Shown here piece by piece: positions 28,183 to 36,783 of a stretch of DNA of 64,000 bases; positions within the stretch are counted from its first letter, which is position 1; the number at the start of each line of letters is the position of its first letter. The DNA is from Bryobacterales bacterium (GTDB taxonomy: Bacteria > Acidobacteriota > Terriglobia > Bryobacterales > UBA6623): assembly GCA_965207035.1 (NCBI GenBank), contig OZ242259.1, forward strand, positions 742,475 to 806,474. The letters run 5' to 3'. Both the position numbers and the translations under genes were made by a program. The notes beneath the pieces were generated by a model, which saw nothing but the letters and a program-made list of their open reading frames with translations, ran no database searches and had not been told where the DNA came from.

Positions 28183-28361
28183 TGTTGGAACTGTCACACC
28201 TTCAGGTGGCGATCCTGTTTGCGCTGCTCGCTTCGATAGTGATGGGTGTTGTGGGACGATCATCCGATCGCGCCCGCGTGCGGTACGGGCTCTATTGTTT
28301 CGGCTATTTCATCGGGGCAGTCTTCGTTCTGGGATGGCTGATGCGCATTGGGCACGGATAG
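28182..28361 (+). CDS. Small (59 aa) two-TM membrane protein, not in ORF track
   Basis: My own translation is MLELSHLQVAILFALLASIVMGVVGRSSDRARVRYGLYCFGYFIGAVFVLGWLMRIGHG, with stop TAG at 28359-28361. Its ATG overlaps the upstream stop (TGATG), and it has two hydrophobic helices. Confidence 0.45.
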   Translation: MLELSHLQVAILFALLASIVMGVVGRSSDRARVRYGLYCFGYFIGAVFVLGWLMRIGHG

Positions 28362-28414
28362 CAGCGACCAGCCACAACGGACGTCGCCGCGCAGGATTGT
28401 GGTGATTTCCGCTC

Positions 28415-29158
28415 GTGCTGCCTAGCAGGAAGAAAACAGTGCAGCCATCCATTCAGGAATCTGCTGCCCGAGCCGCCTTTTACGACTTCGACGGGACGTT
28501 GGTAACGGGTAATGTTGTCAGTCGTTACGCCTGGCTGGCCCGCCGGCACCCCAGCACAGCCGTGGCGACATGGAGGTTCGCAAAGGCCGTCGCGGGCATC
28601 CCGCTGTGGCTATCGCTGGATGCCGTCTCCAGACGCCTATTCAATGTCGTTTTCTTCAGGCAATATCGAGGTTTGACGGAGGAGTGGTTGCGATCACAAG
28701 GACAGGCGCTCCTGGAATTGGAGATCAAGCGCCAGCAATTCCAATTCGCGAAAGAACGCGTCGCACTGGACAAGACGGCGGGCTACCACACAATCCTTGT
28801 CACAGGAGGACTTGACTTCGCGATAGGCCCGGCAGCCGCCTACTTCGGGTTCGACGCTATCCTTGCAAACCGCTTGGTCTTCGAAGACGGTGTAGCAACG
28901 GGCCGGGTCGCCCCACCGCTCTTGGCGGGTCTGGAGAAGGTCAAGGCCATCCAGGCATTCGCGGATCATCGCGGTTTCGACCTGGGGGTCTCAAGGGCGT
29001 ACTCCGACAGCTTCTCCGACCTTCCGATGTTGCAGGCTGTTGGCGAGCCAATCGCCACGAATCCCGACACCCGGCTTCGCAAGACCGCGTTGGAGAAGAA
29101 TTGGGCGGTCCTCGACTTGGCGTGCTCCCTCCACCCAATCCCCGGTAGTCGGGGCTGA
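28415..29158 (+). CDS. HAD-IB family hydrolase (SerB-like phosphatase superfamily)
   Basis: Motif I FYDFDGTLV, then VTGG and the C-terminal YSDSFSDLPML (HAD motif IV). Confidence 0.8.
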   Translation: MLPSRKKTVQPSIQESAARAAFYDFDGTLVTGNVVSRYAWLARRHPSTAVATWRFAKAVAGIPLWLSLDAVSRRLFNVVFFRQYRGLTEEWLRSQGQALLELEIKRQQFQFAKERVALDKTAGYHTILVTGGLDFAIGPAAAYFGFDAILANRLVFEDGVATGRVAPPLLAGLEKVKAIQAFADHRGFDLGVSRAYSDSFSDLPMLQAVGEPIATNPDTRLRKTALEKNWAVLDLACSLHPIPGSRG

Positions 29159-29189
29159 CTCCGGCAACACGCTAGACTCTGGTGCAGCA

Positions 29190-30860
29190 ATGAATGACAC
29201 GTCGCAATCTCCAGCCAGTCCGGACCTTTCTGTTCTTGGCGAACCTCGCCCGAACGCTGTCGGACGGGCGGCACTGGTTCCGTCGGACGGCTGCGTGCGC
29301 GAACTCGAGGAGTCCTCTGCCGAGCGCCTTCTTTGGTATGGCGAGGACTTGATCCGGGTCAAGCTGCCCGCCGGTACGAGGATCGTATATCCGAAACCCT
29401 CTATCAAGGGGTTGCCGGATCGCGGAGCAGCGATCCGCTACGCGCTGGAGCACCCCGAGGAAGCGGAGCCACTGCGTTCGCAGTTGCTCTCCGGGATGAA
29501 GGTCACGATCGCGATTGACGACATTTCGCTGCCGTTGCCGAAAATGAATCGGCCTGACATCCGCCAGACTGTGTTGACGGAACTGATTGAGCTGATCGAG
29601 GCTGCGGGTATACGTGATCTGGAGATCGTGATCGCCAACTCGTTCCACCGGAAAATGGAACCGTTTGAAATCCGGTGGTCGGTCGGCACCAAGATCTTCG
29701 ATGCCTGTTTCCCGCACAGGCTCTACTGCCATGACGGCGAAGCCCCCGGTGGAATGGTCGAGCTTGGGGAGACAGAACTTGGGGAAAAGGTCCGGATCAA
29801 TCGCAGGGCTGCAGAATCGGACCTGCTCATTTACGTCAATGTCAACCTGGTTCCCATGGACGGGGGGCACAAGTCGGTCAGCGTTGGGCTGTGCGACTAC
29901 GTATCCTTGCAGGCGCATCACAACCCGGAGACGATCCGGGCGTCGAACTCGTACTTTGACCACACGCGATCGCCCCTGACCGATTCGTGCAATCGCATGG
30001 GACGGGTCGTAAACGAGAAGCTCAACGTCTTCCACATCGAGACTGTGGTTAACAACCAGATGTTCGATCCTCGAATGGAGTTTTTCATCAAGCCCGAGGA
30101 TCAATGGAATGCCCTTGACAAGGCCTCGTTTCGAATCGCGCAGGTGGGCCTCAGCGCGCTTCCACGGAAAACGAAACGCAAGTTGCTGTTTTCGATTCCC
30201 GCGCCTTACGAAATGATTGCTGTCCATGCCGGAAAAACGGACGCGGTCCACGAGAAGACCTTGGCCTACAACTATCAGCAGTACTGCGTTCCTGTTGAAG
30301 GGCAGTCCGATGTGGCGGTGTTCGGAGTGCCGTTCATCTGCCCGTACAACGTGAACGCACCGATGAACCCGCTGCTCGTGCGCTGCTTGGCACTGGGCTA
30401 CTTCTTCAACATGTACAGGGGGGCGCCCATCTTGAAGATGGGCGGAGTCTTTATCCTCACGCACCCGCTATACAACGAGTTCAGCCCCGCGCACCACGCC
30501 GCTTACCACGAGTTCTTCCATCGCTGTTTGACGGAGACGAGAGACTCTGCGGCACTGCAGCGCAAGTACGAGGCCGAGTTCGCACACGACCTGCAATACC
30601 GCGAGATGTACAGCAGCGGGCATGGGTACCATGGCGTCCATCCGTTTTATATGTGGTATTGGGCGGAGAACGGCGCCAACCACTGTGGCCTTGTGATCGT
30701 CGTGGGAGCGGAGGATAGGGAGTCCGCGAGCGTAATGGGCTGGGAGTGTGCGGACTCCATGGATGAAGCCTTGGCTATGGCACAGTCTTTCCTGGGACGA
30801 ATACCCACTGTCTCCCACTTGCATATCCCACCAATCAACATGGTGGATGTGGCCGCCTGA
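29190..30860 (+). CDS. LarA-like (lactate racemase N-terminal domain/DUF2088) protein
   Basis: Blocks align by eye to L. plantarum LarA: VTIAIDDISLPLP, IANSFHRKM, AAESDLLIYVNVNLVPMDGGHKSVSVG...AHHN. At 556 aa from ATG 29190 it is longer than LarA. Confidence 0.65.
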   Translation: MNDTSQSPASPDLSVLGEPRPNAVGRAALVPSDGCVRELEESSAERLLWYGEDLIRVKLPAGTRIVYPKPSIKGLPDRGAAIRYALEHPEEAEPLRSQLLSGMKVTIAIDDISLPLPKMNRPDIRQTVLTELIELIEAAGIRDLEIVIANSFHRKMEPFEIRWSVGTKIFDACFPHRLYCHDGEAPGGMVELGETELGEKVRINRRAAESDLLIYVNVNLVPMDGGHKSVSVGLCDYVSLQAHHNPETIRASNSYFDHTRSPLTDSCNRMGRVVNEKLNVFHIETVVNNQMFDPRMEFFIKPEDQWNALDKASFRIAQVGLSALPRKTKRKLLFSIPAPYEMIAVHAGKTDAVHEKTLAYNYQQYCVPVEGQSDVAVFGVPFICPYNVNAPMNPLLVRCLALGYFFNMYRGAPILKMGGVFILTHPLYNEFSPAHHAAYHEFFHRCLTETRDSAALQRKYEAEFAHDLQYREMYSSGHGYHGVHPFYMWYWAENGANHCGLVIVVGAEDRESASVMGWECADSMDEALAMAQSFLGRIPTVSHLHIPPINMVDVAA

Positions 30861-31275
30861 AGCCGTCCGGCATCTCGACCGAGGGTTCGGCCAACTGCCT
30901 GGGGGCGAGTGCAATCATCTCCGCGAGTGAGAGCCGTATTTCGAGCCAGGGCGCAAGCTGGCGAGTCATGGGGTCGTCGATGCTCCATTCCCGGCAGTTG
31001 GGCGGGCGAGAGCAGGGTGCCCGTCACCACGCCGATCCGGCTGGAATCGCTTGTTGCAGCTAGCGATTGCGACGAGACGCTGGCGGCAATCCCAACGGCG
31101 ACAGAAACCGGAAGAATCGGTGACAGGAAGAACGTGGTTGCGGCCAGTTGGAAAGTAGTTCGGACTCAATACACCGACACGAACACGATCTAGCTTTGCC
31201 GTGATTCCTGCGGCGAAGCAAAGCCGCGTGAAGTGCTTCCGATGGCGCTCTATTCGCGGCACGATGCGACGTCTC

Positions 31276-31304
31276 ATAAGAATCTCTTATCGGCACAATT
31301 GTGC
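31276..31304. promoter_or_regulatory. Two adjacent palindromes: ATAAGA-N3-TCTTAT (31276-31290) and GCACAATTGTGC (31293-31304)
   Basis: Read directly from the sequence. They lie in an AT-richer patch about 85-110 bp upstream of the sigma54-like promoter of amtB, which is the position expected for an enhancer-binding-protein or IHF site. Confidence 0.3.
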
Positions 31305-31386
31305 GACCCAATCCAGACATTCGATTCGGATAATGGCTCTCGGAAGTCCTGAAGGGCCATTCCCACGTTCGGAGGTTCGAGACGGG

Positions 31387-31403
31387 TTGGCTGGGAGTTT
31401 GCC
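31387..31403 (+). promoter_or_regulatory. Candidate sigma54 (-24/-12) promoter of amtB-glnK
   Basis: TTGGCTGGGAGTTTGCC compared with consensus YTGGCACGrNNNTTGCW. GG and GC have the correct spacing and TTGC is intact. The site is about 100 bp upstream of the amtB ATG. Confidence 0.45.
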
Positions 31404-31502
31404 GCACTATCGGTTCCTGGCTCCGGTCTGGTGCATTTCCTCCGGACCGTAGGGTGCTGCGGCGCTGTGCTTCCGGATTCGGTGACTCGAAAGGAGAGTA
31501 CG

Positions 31503-32795
31503 ATGCGAAAGACCACAATATATTGTTTAGTCCTGCTGGGACTGCTCGCTACCCCCGTGGCGGCGGTCGCCCAGGACGGCATAGACACGGGCGACAACGC
31601 TTGGATTCTCACAAGCTCGGCGCTGGTGTTGATGATGACGGGGCCCGGTCTGGCCCTCTTCTACGGAGGCCTCGTTCGCAAGAAGAACATTCTCGCGACC
31701 ATGATGCAGTCGTTCATCATGATGGCCCTGATGACCGTGCTGTGGGCGATCTACGGATACAGCCTGGCATTCGCTGAAGGCAGCGGCCCCCTAGGGACAT
31801 TCGTCGGCGGATTTGGACACGTCTTCTTGAACGGCGTCGGGATGGAGCCGAACGGGTCGATTCCCCATCTGACCTTCATGGTCTTCCAGTTGATGTTCGC
31901 CATCATTACCCCAGCGCTTATCACTGGAGCCTTCGCCGAGCGCATGAAATTCTCGTCCCTGCTGCTCTTCATGGCTCTTTGGGGAACGGTCGTTTACTTC
32001 CCGATGGTCCACATGGTCTGGGGTGGCGGGTTCATGAGCCCTGACGGAGCCCTCCCGTGCCTCGACTTCGCTGGCGGCACTGTGGTCCACATCTCGTCCG
32101 GTGTTTCGGCGCTCGTTATGGCGCTGTACCTGGGCAAGCGGATCGGATTTCCATCCGAAGTCATGCGACCGCAGAACCTGACCTTTTCATTCGTCGGCGC
32201 ATGCCTTCTCTGGGTTGGTTGGTTCGGCTTCAACTCCGGCAGTGCATTGGCCGCTGACGGCCTGGCTGCCGTGGCGTTCGTCAACACCCAATTCGGTGCA
32301 GCGGCTGCCGTGCTCGGCTGGCTGTTGATCGAATGGATCCGGGATGGCAAACCCAGCATGCTCGGCGGAGTGACCGGCGCGGTCGCTGGCTTGGTTGCGG
32401 TGACTCCCGCATCCGGCTTTGTGGGACCGATGGACTCATTGGTGATCGGTTTCGTGGCCGGTATTGTGTGCTACCTCTCGATCGCCGTCGTCAAAGCGAA
32501 GTTCGGTTACGACGATTCGCTCGATGCCTTCGGCGTTCATGGCGTCGGCGGCACGGTCGGAGCGCTCCTGACTGGCGTTTTTGCGCGCGTCGCCATCGGC
32601 GGCACCGGGGGCCTAGTGGAAGGGAACCCAATGCAATTCGTTAACAACACCGGAGGAGCGTTGTTGACATGGGTGTTCGCAGCAGTCGCGACATTCGTCA
32701 TTCTGAAGATTGTCGATGCGATGATGGGACTGCGGGTGAGCGAAGCCGACGAGATTGAAGGCCTTGACATCTCGCAGCACGGCGAAGAAGCGTAG
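31503..32795 (+). CDS. amtB: Ammonium transporter
   Basis: ATG 31503 follows AAGGAGAG. There is a signal peptide, then DTGDNAWILTSSALVLMMT and other Amt family blocks. 430 aa. Confidence 0.95.
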   Translation: MRKTTIYCLVLLGLLATPVAAVAQDGIDTGDNAWILTSSALVLMMTGPGLALFYGGLVRKKNILATMMQSFIMMALMTVLWAIYGYSLAFAEGSGPLGTFVGGFGHVFLNGVGMEPNGSIPHLTFMVFQLMFAIITPALITGAFAERMKFSSLLLFMALWGTVVYFPMVHMVWGGGFMSPDGALPCLDFAGGTVVHISSGVSALVMALYLGKRIGFPSEVMRPQNLTFSFVGACLLWVGWFGFNSGSALAADGLAAVAFVNTQFGAAAAVLGWLLIEWIRDGKPSMLGGVTGAVAGLVAVTPASGFVGPMDSLVIGFVAGIVCYLSIAVVKAKFGYDDSLDAFGVHGVGGTVGALLTGVFARVAIGGTGGLVEGNPMQFVNNTGGALLTWVFAAVATFVILKIVDAMMGLRVSEADEIEGLDISQHGEEA

Positions 32796-32820
32796 CCGGG
32801 AAAACACAGGAGGAACTGAC

Positions 32821-33159
32821 ATGAAGAAAATCGAAGCTGTGATCCAGCCATTCAAGCTGGACGATGTCCGTGAAGCGCTGAAGGGGATCGGGATCGACGG
32901 CATGACAATCTACGACGTGCGTGGTCATGGCCGCCAAAAGGGCCACAAAGAGGTCTATCGCGGCCAGGAGTACGAGGTCGACCTGCTACCGAAGGTCAAG
33001 ATCGAGGCCATCGTCTCGAGCGATCGCGTGGACGAGACGGTGAACACGATCGTTGAGTCGGCTCGGACCGGAAAGATCGGCGACGGCAAGGTCTTTATTT
33101 CGGACATCGCCGAAGCCGTCCGGATTCGTAATAGTGAGCACGACGACGAAGCCCTCTGA
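32821..33159 (+). CDS. glnK: P-II nitrogen regulatory protein
   Basis: 112 aa, MKKIEAVIQPFKLDDVREAL...T-loop YRGQEY...GDGKVFI. SD AGGAGG lies upstream. Named glnK because it is adjacent to amtB. Confidence 0.95.
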   Translation: MKKIEAVIQPFKLDDVREALKGIGIDGMTIYDVRGHGRQKGHKEVYRGQEYEVDLLPKVKIEAIVSSDRVDETVNTIVESARTGKIGDGKVFISDIAEAVRIRNSEHDDEAL

Positions 33160-33201
33160 CGCTCAATGTGTTTTCGCGCTCGCGCACACGTGGGCGGCCT
33201 A

Positions 33202-33231
33202 CCGCCAGCTGGGCATATGCCCAGCTGGCGG
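33202..33231. repeat. Perfect 30-bp palindrome CCGCCAGCTGGGCATATGCCCAGCTGGCGG
   Basis: Verified base by base: 15+15 nt are exact reverse complements. It lies in the 120-bp glnK-glnD spacer, with no T-tract after it. Confidence 0.9.
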
Positions 33232-33279
33232 ACACGCATCACCGAAGCGCCGAAGCGATGGCTGCGCTAGAGCATTGCA

Positions 33280-35829
33280 ATGTCTAGCCTCTCGACCTAC
33301 CACATCCAGCAAATGGAGCGCCTTGGCTCCGACTTCTTCGAGGATGGTGATGGATTACGGGCTGTCGCGAGGCGCACAGAGTTTGTTGACGATATTGTCC
33401 GTGGGCACTTCGACGGGGCATTCGCGAGCCAGGGGAACGGGATAGCCGCGGTAGCGGTTGGCGGATATGGTCGCAGCGAGCTGTTTCCTTTCTCGGATAT
33501 TGACTTGCTGCTGCTGTTCCGGCGGGCGCGGGACGTCGAGGAGCACAAGGATCGGATTGCGGGGCTGATTGCCTCGCTGTGGGACTCGAAGCTGCGGGTT
33601 TCGCACTCTGTTCGGGATCCCGCGGAATGCGCTCGGCTGGCACCCAACAACACGGAACTACACATTAGTCTGCTGGACACTCGGTTTGTCGCGGGCGACG
33701 GCGGATTCTTCGACGAATTTCGCCGTAACACGCTGCCGAGGTTTTACCTGCGCGAGCAGAAAGCGTTGATTCGGTCGCTGGCCGAAACCGCGCAAAAGAG
33801 GCATCGCTCGTTCGACGGAACACTCTACCACTTGGAGCCCGACATCAAGGAAGGACCCGGAGGACTACGGGACTATCACCTCGCTTGCTGGACAGCCCAA
33901 CTCGAAAACGTCCAGCCCGGCCGGATTCCGCGAAGCGAGGAGTTCTTGCCAAGACAGCGCGACTGGGACATCGGCGAGGCTAAGCGATTCCTCTTCGCGC
34001 TCCGCTGTTTTCTGCATTATTACCACGGCAGGGACAAGAACCTTCTAAGCTACGACATGCAAGAAACCATCGCGCACGCGGGGGCGGGCCATCTCTATCC
34101 CGGGGAGGGGAGTGTGGCCGACATGATGCGGATCTTCTTCAAGAACACGCGGTTGGTCCATCGCCTGGCGCTCCGTTTGGTTGAAGAGTCGACCGCTCCG
34201 TCGAATGCGCTGCTGACGATGTTCCGCCGGCGCATCTCACGCCTTTCGAACAGCGATTTCAGCGTGACGAATGGCAAGATTTATTTCCAGGACCCAAATG
34301 CCCTGGCAACGCGTCCTGAACTGTCGCTCAGGATTTTCCAGTTCCAAGCCCGGCACGGACTCCCCTTGGCCGCCCAAGCCGAGCTTCGCATCCGAGAGCA
34401 CCTCGCATCTGTTCGCGCTCACTTTGCCGCTAGCGCATCGCATTGGCCCAGCGTGCGGGAGATTCTCTTGCTCCCCCACGCGTACCGCGCCCTCGGGGCA
34501 ATGCGGGAAAGCGGGGTGCTCTATAGCCTGTTCCCCGAGTTTGAGTTGGTCGACTGTCTCGTGATTCGAGACTTCTACCACCGCTATACGGTCGACGAGC
34601 ACACGCTTGTGACTATCCGCGTCCTAAAGGACCTACCGACCGCGTCTGACCCACTCGACCAGCGCTATGCACGCCTCTTGAACGAGGTGGAGCGTGCCGA
34701 CCTGCTCTACTTCGCAATCCTGTTCCACGATCTTGGGAAGGGCGTTCCCGGCAAGCACCACCACGAGGCCAGCGCACAACTGGCAGACGAAGCAATGAGC
34801 AGAATTGGCCTAGCCGATTCAGCAGACCGCGAAACGGTTCTGTATCTTGTGCGCGATCACCTAACGATGTCGGAAGTGATGACAAAGCGCGACTTAAGCG
34901 AGACCGCTGTTCTGGAAGACTTCAAGGTGGAGGTTGGGACGGTCGAACGCCTCAAGCTCCTGACCTTGTTGACGTATGCCGACAGCGTCGCGGTCAATCC
35001 GACTGCGGTGACGAGCTGGCGGAAGGAATTGCTCTGGAGACTGTACTGCGGTACGGACGCAATTTTTCAGCGCGATCACGAAGACAAGCGGATCGAGGAG
35101 GGAGCTTCAACGAAGTGCCTTGAACTTGCCACCGACACCGATGAAAGGAGGCGAATGAGCGAGTTCCTCGCCGGTTTCCCGCAGCGTTACCTGCGAACCC
35201 ACGAAGCCCCGCAAGTTTACAAGCACTTCAAGATTGCGGAGGCACTGCGCGAGCGGAAAGCGACAGTCAAGGCGGAGCGAACCGAGGGGCACTGGGACAT
35301 CGTGGTGCTGGCCTGGGACAGACCGTTCTTGTTCGCTTCGCTTTGCGCTGCGATCGCTAGCTTCAACTTGAACATCGAACACGCCGAGGCGTTTTCGAAC
35401 GAAGCCGGAATGGTGCTGGACTCTTTTCGGGTCTCAACTGGCGCTGATGGTCCGGGGCCCGCCCAAGACCGTCTTGAATTGAAACTTCGTCGTGTTGCAG
35501 AAGGTAGAGTCGATCCGGGTGATCTGGCCCAGGCCCGGACGACTCGACCTGTTCGCCGCAGGGGCCACACGCCGCCCCATGTGTCGTTCGACAACGGAAC
35601 CTCGGCCAAGGCAACGATCTTCTATGTCCAAGCGCCGGACCGCAACAAGTTGCTGTTCGACTTGGCTATCGTATTTTCCCAGCACGAGTGCAACATCGAT
35701 GTCGTCCTTTGCAACACGCAAGGCCACCAAGCCACGGATGTCTTCTACGTCAGGCAAGGGCAGGGAAAGCTGCCCCACGACAAGTGTGAGTCGTTGCGGG
35801 AAGAGTTGCTTGAATCCTGCTCAAAATAG
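33280..35829 (+). CDS. glnD: [Protein-PII] uridylyltransferase/uridylyl-removing enzyme
   Basis: 849 aa. It has the nucleotidyltransferase motif GGYGRSELFPFSDIDLLLLF, an HD domain (FHDLGKG) and two C-terminal ACT-like regions. Confidence 0.95.
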   Translation: MSSLSTYHIQQMERLGSDFFEDGDGLRAVARRTEFVDDIVRGHFDGAFASQGNGIAAVAVGGYGRSELFPFSDIDLLLLFRRARDVEEHKDRIAGLIASLWDSKLRVSHSVRDPAECARLAPNNTELHISLLDTRFVAGDGGFFDEFRRNTLPRFYLREQKALIRSLAETAQKRHRSFDGTLYHLEPDIKEGPGGLRDYHLACWTAQLENVQPGRIPRSEEFLPRQRDWDIGEAKRFLFALRCFLHYYHGRDKNLLSYDMQETIAHAGAGHLYPGEGSVADMMRIFFKNTRLVHRLALRLVEESTAPSNALLTMFRRRISRLSNSDFSVTNGKIYFQDPNALATRPELSLRIFQFQARHGLPLAAQAELRIREHLASVRAHFAASASHWPSVREILLLPHAYRALGAMRESGVLYSLFPEFELVDCLVIRDFYHRYTVDEHTLVTIRVLKDLPTASDPLDQRYARLLNEVERADLLYFAILFHDLGKGVPGKHHHEASAQLADEAMSRIGLADSADRETVLYLVRDHLTMSEVMTKRDLSETAVLEDFKVEVGTVERLKLLTLLTYADSVAVNPTAVTSWRKELLWRLYCGTDAIFQRDHEDKRIEEGASTKCLELATDTDERRRMSEFLAGFPQRYLRTHEAPQVYKHFKIAEALRERKATVKAERTEGHWDIVVLAWDRPFLFASLCAAIASFNLNIEHAEAFSNEAGMVLDSFRVSTGADGPGPAQDRLELKLRRVAEGRVDPGDLAQARTTRPVRRRGHTPPHVSFDNGTSAKATIFYVQAPDRNKLLFDLAIVFSQHECNIDVVLCNTQGHQATDVFYVRQGQGKLPHDKCESLREELLESCSK

Positions 35830-35845
35830 CCTGACACGCAAGCCG

Positions 35846-36715
35846 TCACTCGGCGAGGTCGGCCTGTTCATCTTCGCGATAGATTCGATCCACCACAGCG
35901 ACGAAGTCTCGTACGGATCCGGGGTGCTCTACGGTCAGCATGTGCGCGCCCGATTCGAGCGCCAACGTGGCTGCAACGGCTAGCGATGCGGCCCGCTCGC
36001 CAGCATCTCCGCGAACCGACCCGACCAGGAAGGACTTGCTCGCGAGATTCGCCTGTATACCCTGTCCTCTTGGGCATAGGCTACCCAAGGACCTTAGCAA
36101 AGTAAAGTTTTCGTGGCTGCGCTTACCATGCTCAAGACCGGCGTCAAGCACGATGCGCCTCGGCTCAATACCGGATTGCCGCGCCCGAATCAAGGAAGCA
36201 CGCAGATCGACCCGGACGGTTTCCGAAAGACGCGTAAGGGGCTCCATGCGAGCCCACTGCTCGGGGGTCCCGCGCATGTGTCCGAGAATCAACGCCGCCT
36301 TGCTCTCGTTGACTGTTGGCGCCAGCTTCTTGTCGAACGCGAGTCCGCTGGGATCATGGATGATGGAGGCTCCGAGTTCAACAGCACGCCGTGCTGTTTC
36401 GGCGTTGGGCGTGACCACGCTGATTGGTCGTGTAACGAATGGCATGAGCTTCTTCAGGACGGGCACGAGAGCGGACAGCTCGTGATCAGCCGATGGCAGA
36501 CCCCTTTTCAGGTTTCGGGGGCCGGGGTTGATCTCCACGATGTCCGCTCCAGACTCCTCCACCTTTCTCGCCGTGTCGGCTGCCTCGTAAGGGTCAGTCC
36601 TGTCGTGGTGCGGGCCCCTGAAGATCTCAATCCGCCCGGCAAGGAGCGTGCGAATGCCGAGAGTGACCTCTTCGTCTCCTATCCGCCACAATGCCTTGGT
36701 GCGTTGAAACGCCAT
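35846..36715 (-). CDS. Dihydropteroate synthase-like (pterin-binding TIM barrel) protein, divergent
   Basis: It is collinear with the FolP blocks, but most signature residues are substituted: GADIVEINPGPRN (versus DVGGESTRPG), ISVVT (versus ISVDT), IIHDPSG (versus INDxSG), LDAGLEHGK (versus DPGFGFGK), LASKSF (versus SRKS) and LTVEH (versus RVHD). Confidence 0.7.
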   Translation of the reverse strand: MAFQRTKALWRIGDEEVTLGIRTLLAGRIEIFRGPHHDRTDPYEAADTARKVEESGADIVEINPGPRNLKRGLPSADHELSALVPVLKKLMPFVTRPISVVTPNAETARRAVELGASIIHDPSGLAFDKKLAPTVNESKAALILGHMRGTPEQWARMEPLTRLSETVRVDLRASLIRARQSGIEPRRIVLDAGLEHGKRSHENFTLLRSLGSLCPRGQGIQANLASKSFLVGSVRGDAGERAASLAVAATLALESGAHMLTVEHPGSVRDFVAVVDRIYREDEQADLAE

Positions 36716-36783
36716 TCGCTATGCCTCGGTTGGCCAATTCTGATGCGATTGAGGTAGTGGCGGAGGTTGCCCGGCACACCAAG

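Noticed and set aside
29172-30464. 430-aa minus-strand ORF opposite the LarA-like gene
   Set aside because: It has no recognisable motif and an Arg/His/Val-rich shadow composition. The plus-strand frame carries the LarA-like blocks.
31243-31257. Second sigma54-like motif TGGCGC-N5-TCGC
   Set aside because: The spacing is correct, but the -12 element is TCGC rather than TTGC and the site lies about 245 bp from amtB. The 31387-31403 site is a much better match.
30966-31277. 103-aa minus-strand ORF (MRRRIVPRIERHRKHF...) in the amtB upstream region, considered as a recombinase or regulator remnant
   Set aside because: It has no catalytic motif (no HxxR/Y pattern), is Arg/Cys-rich and has no RBS. 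It may be a decayed gene, but I cannot support that.
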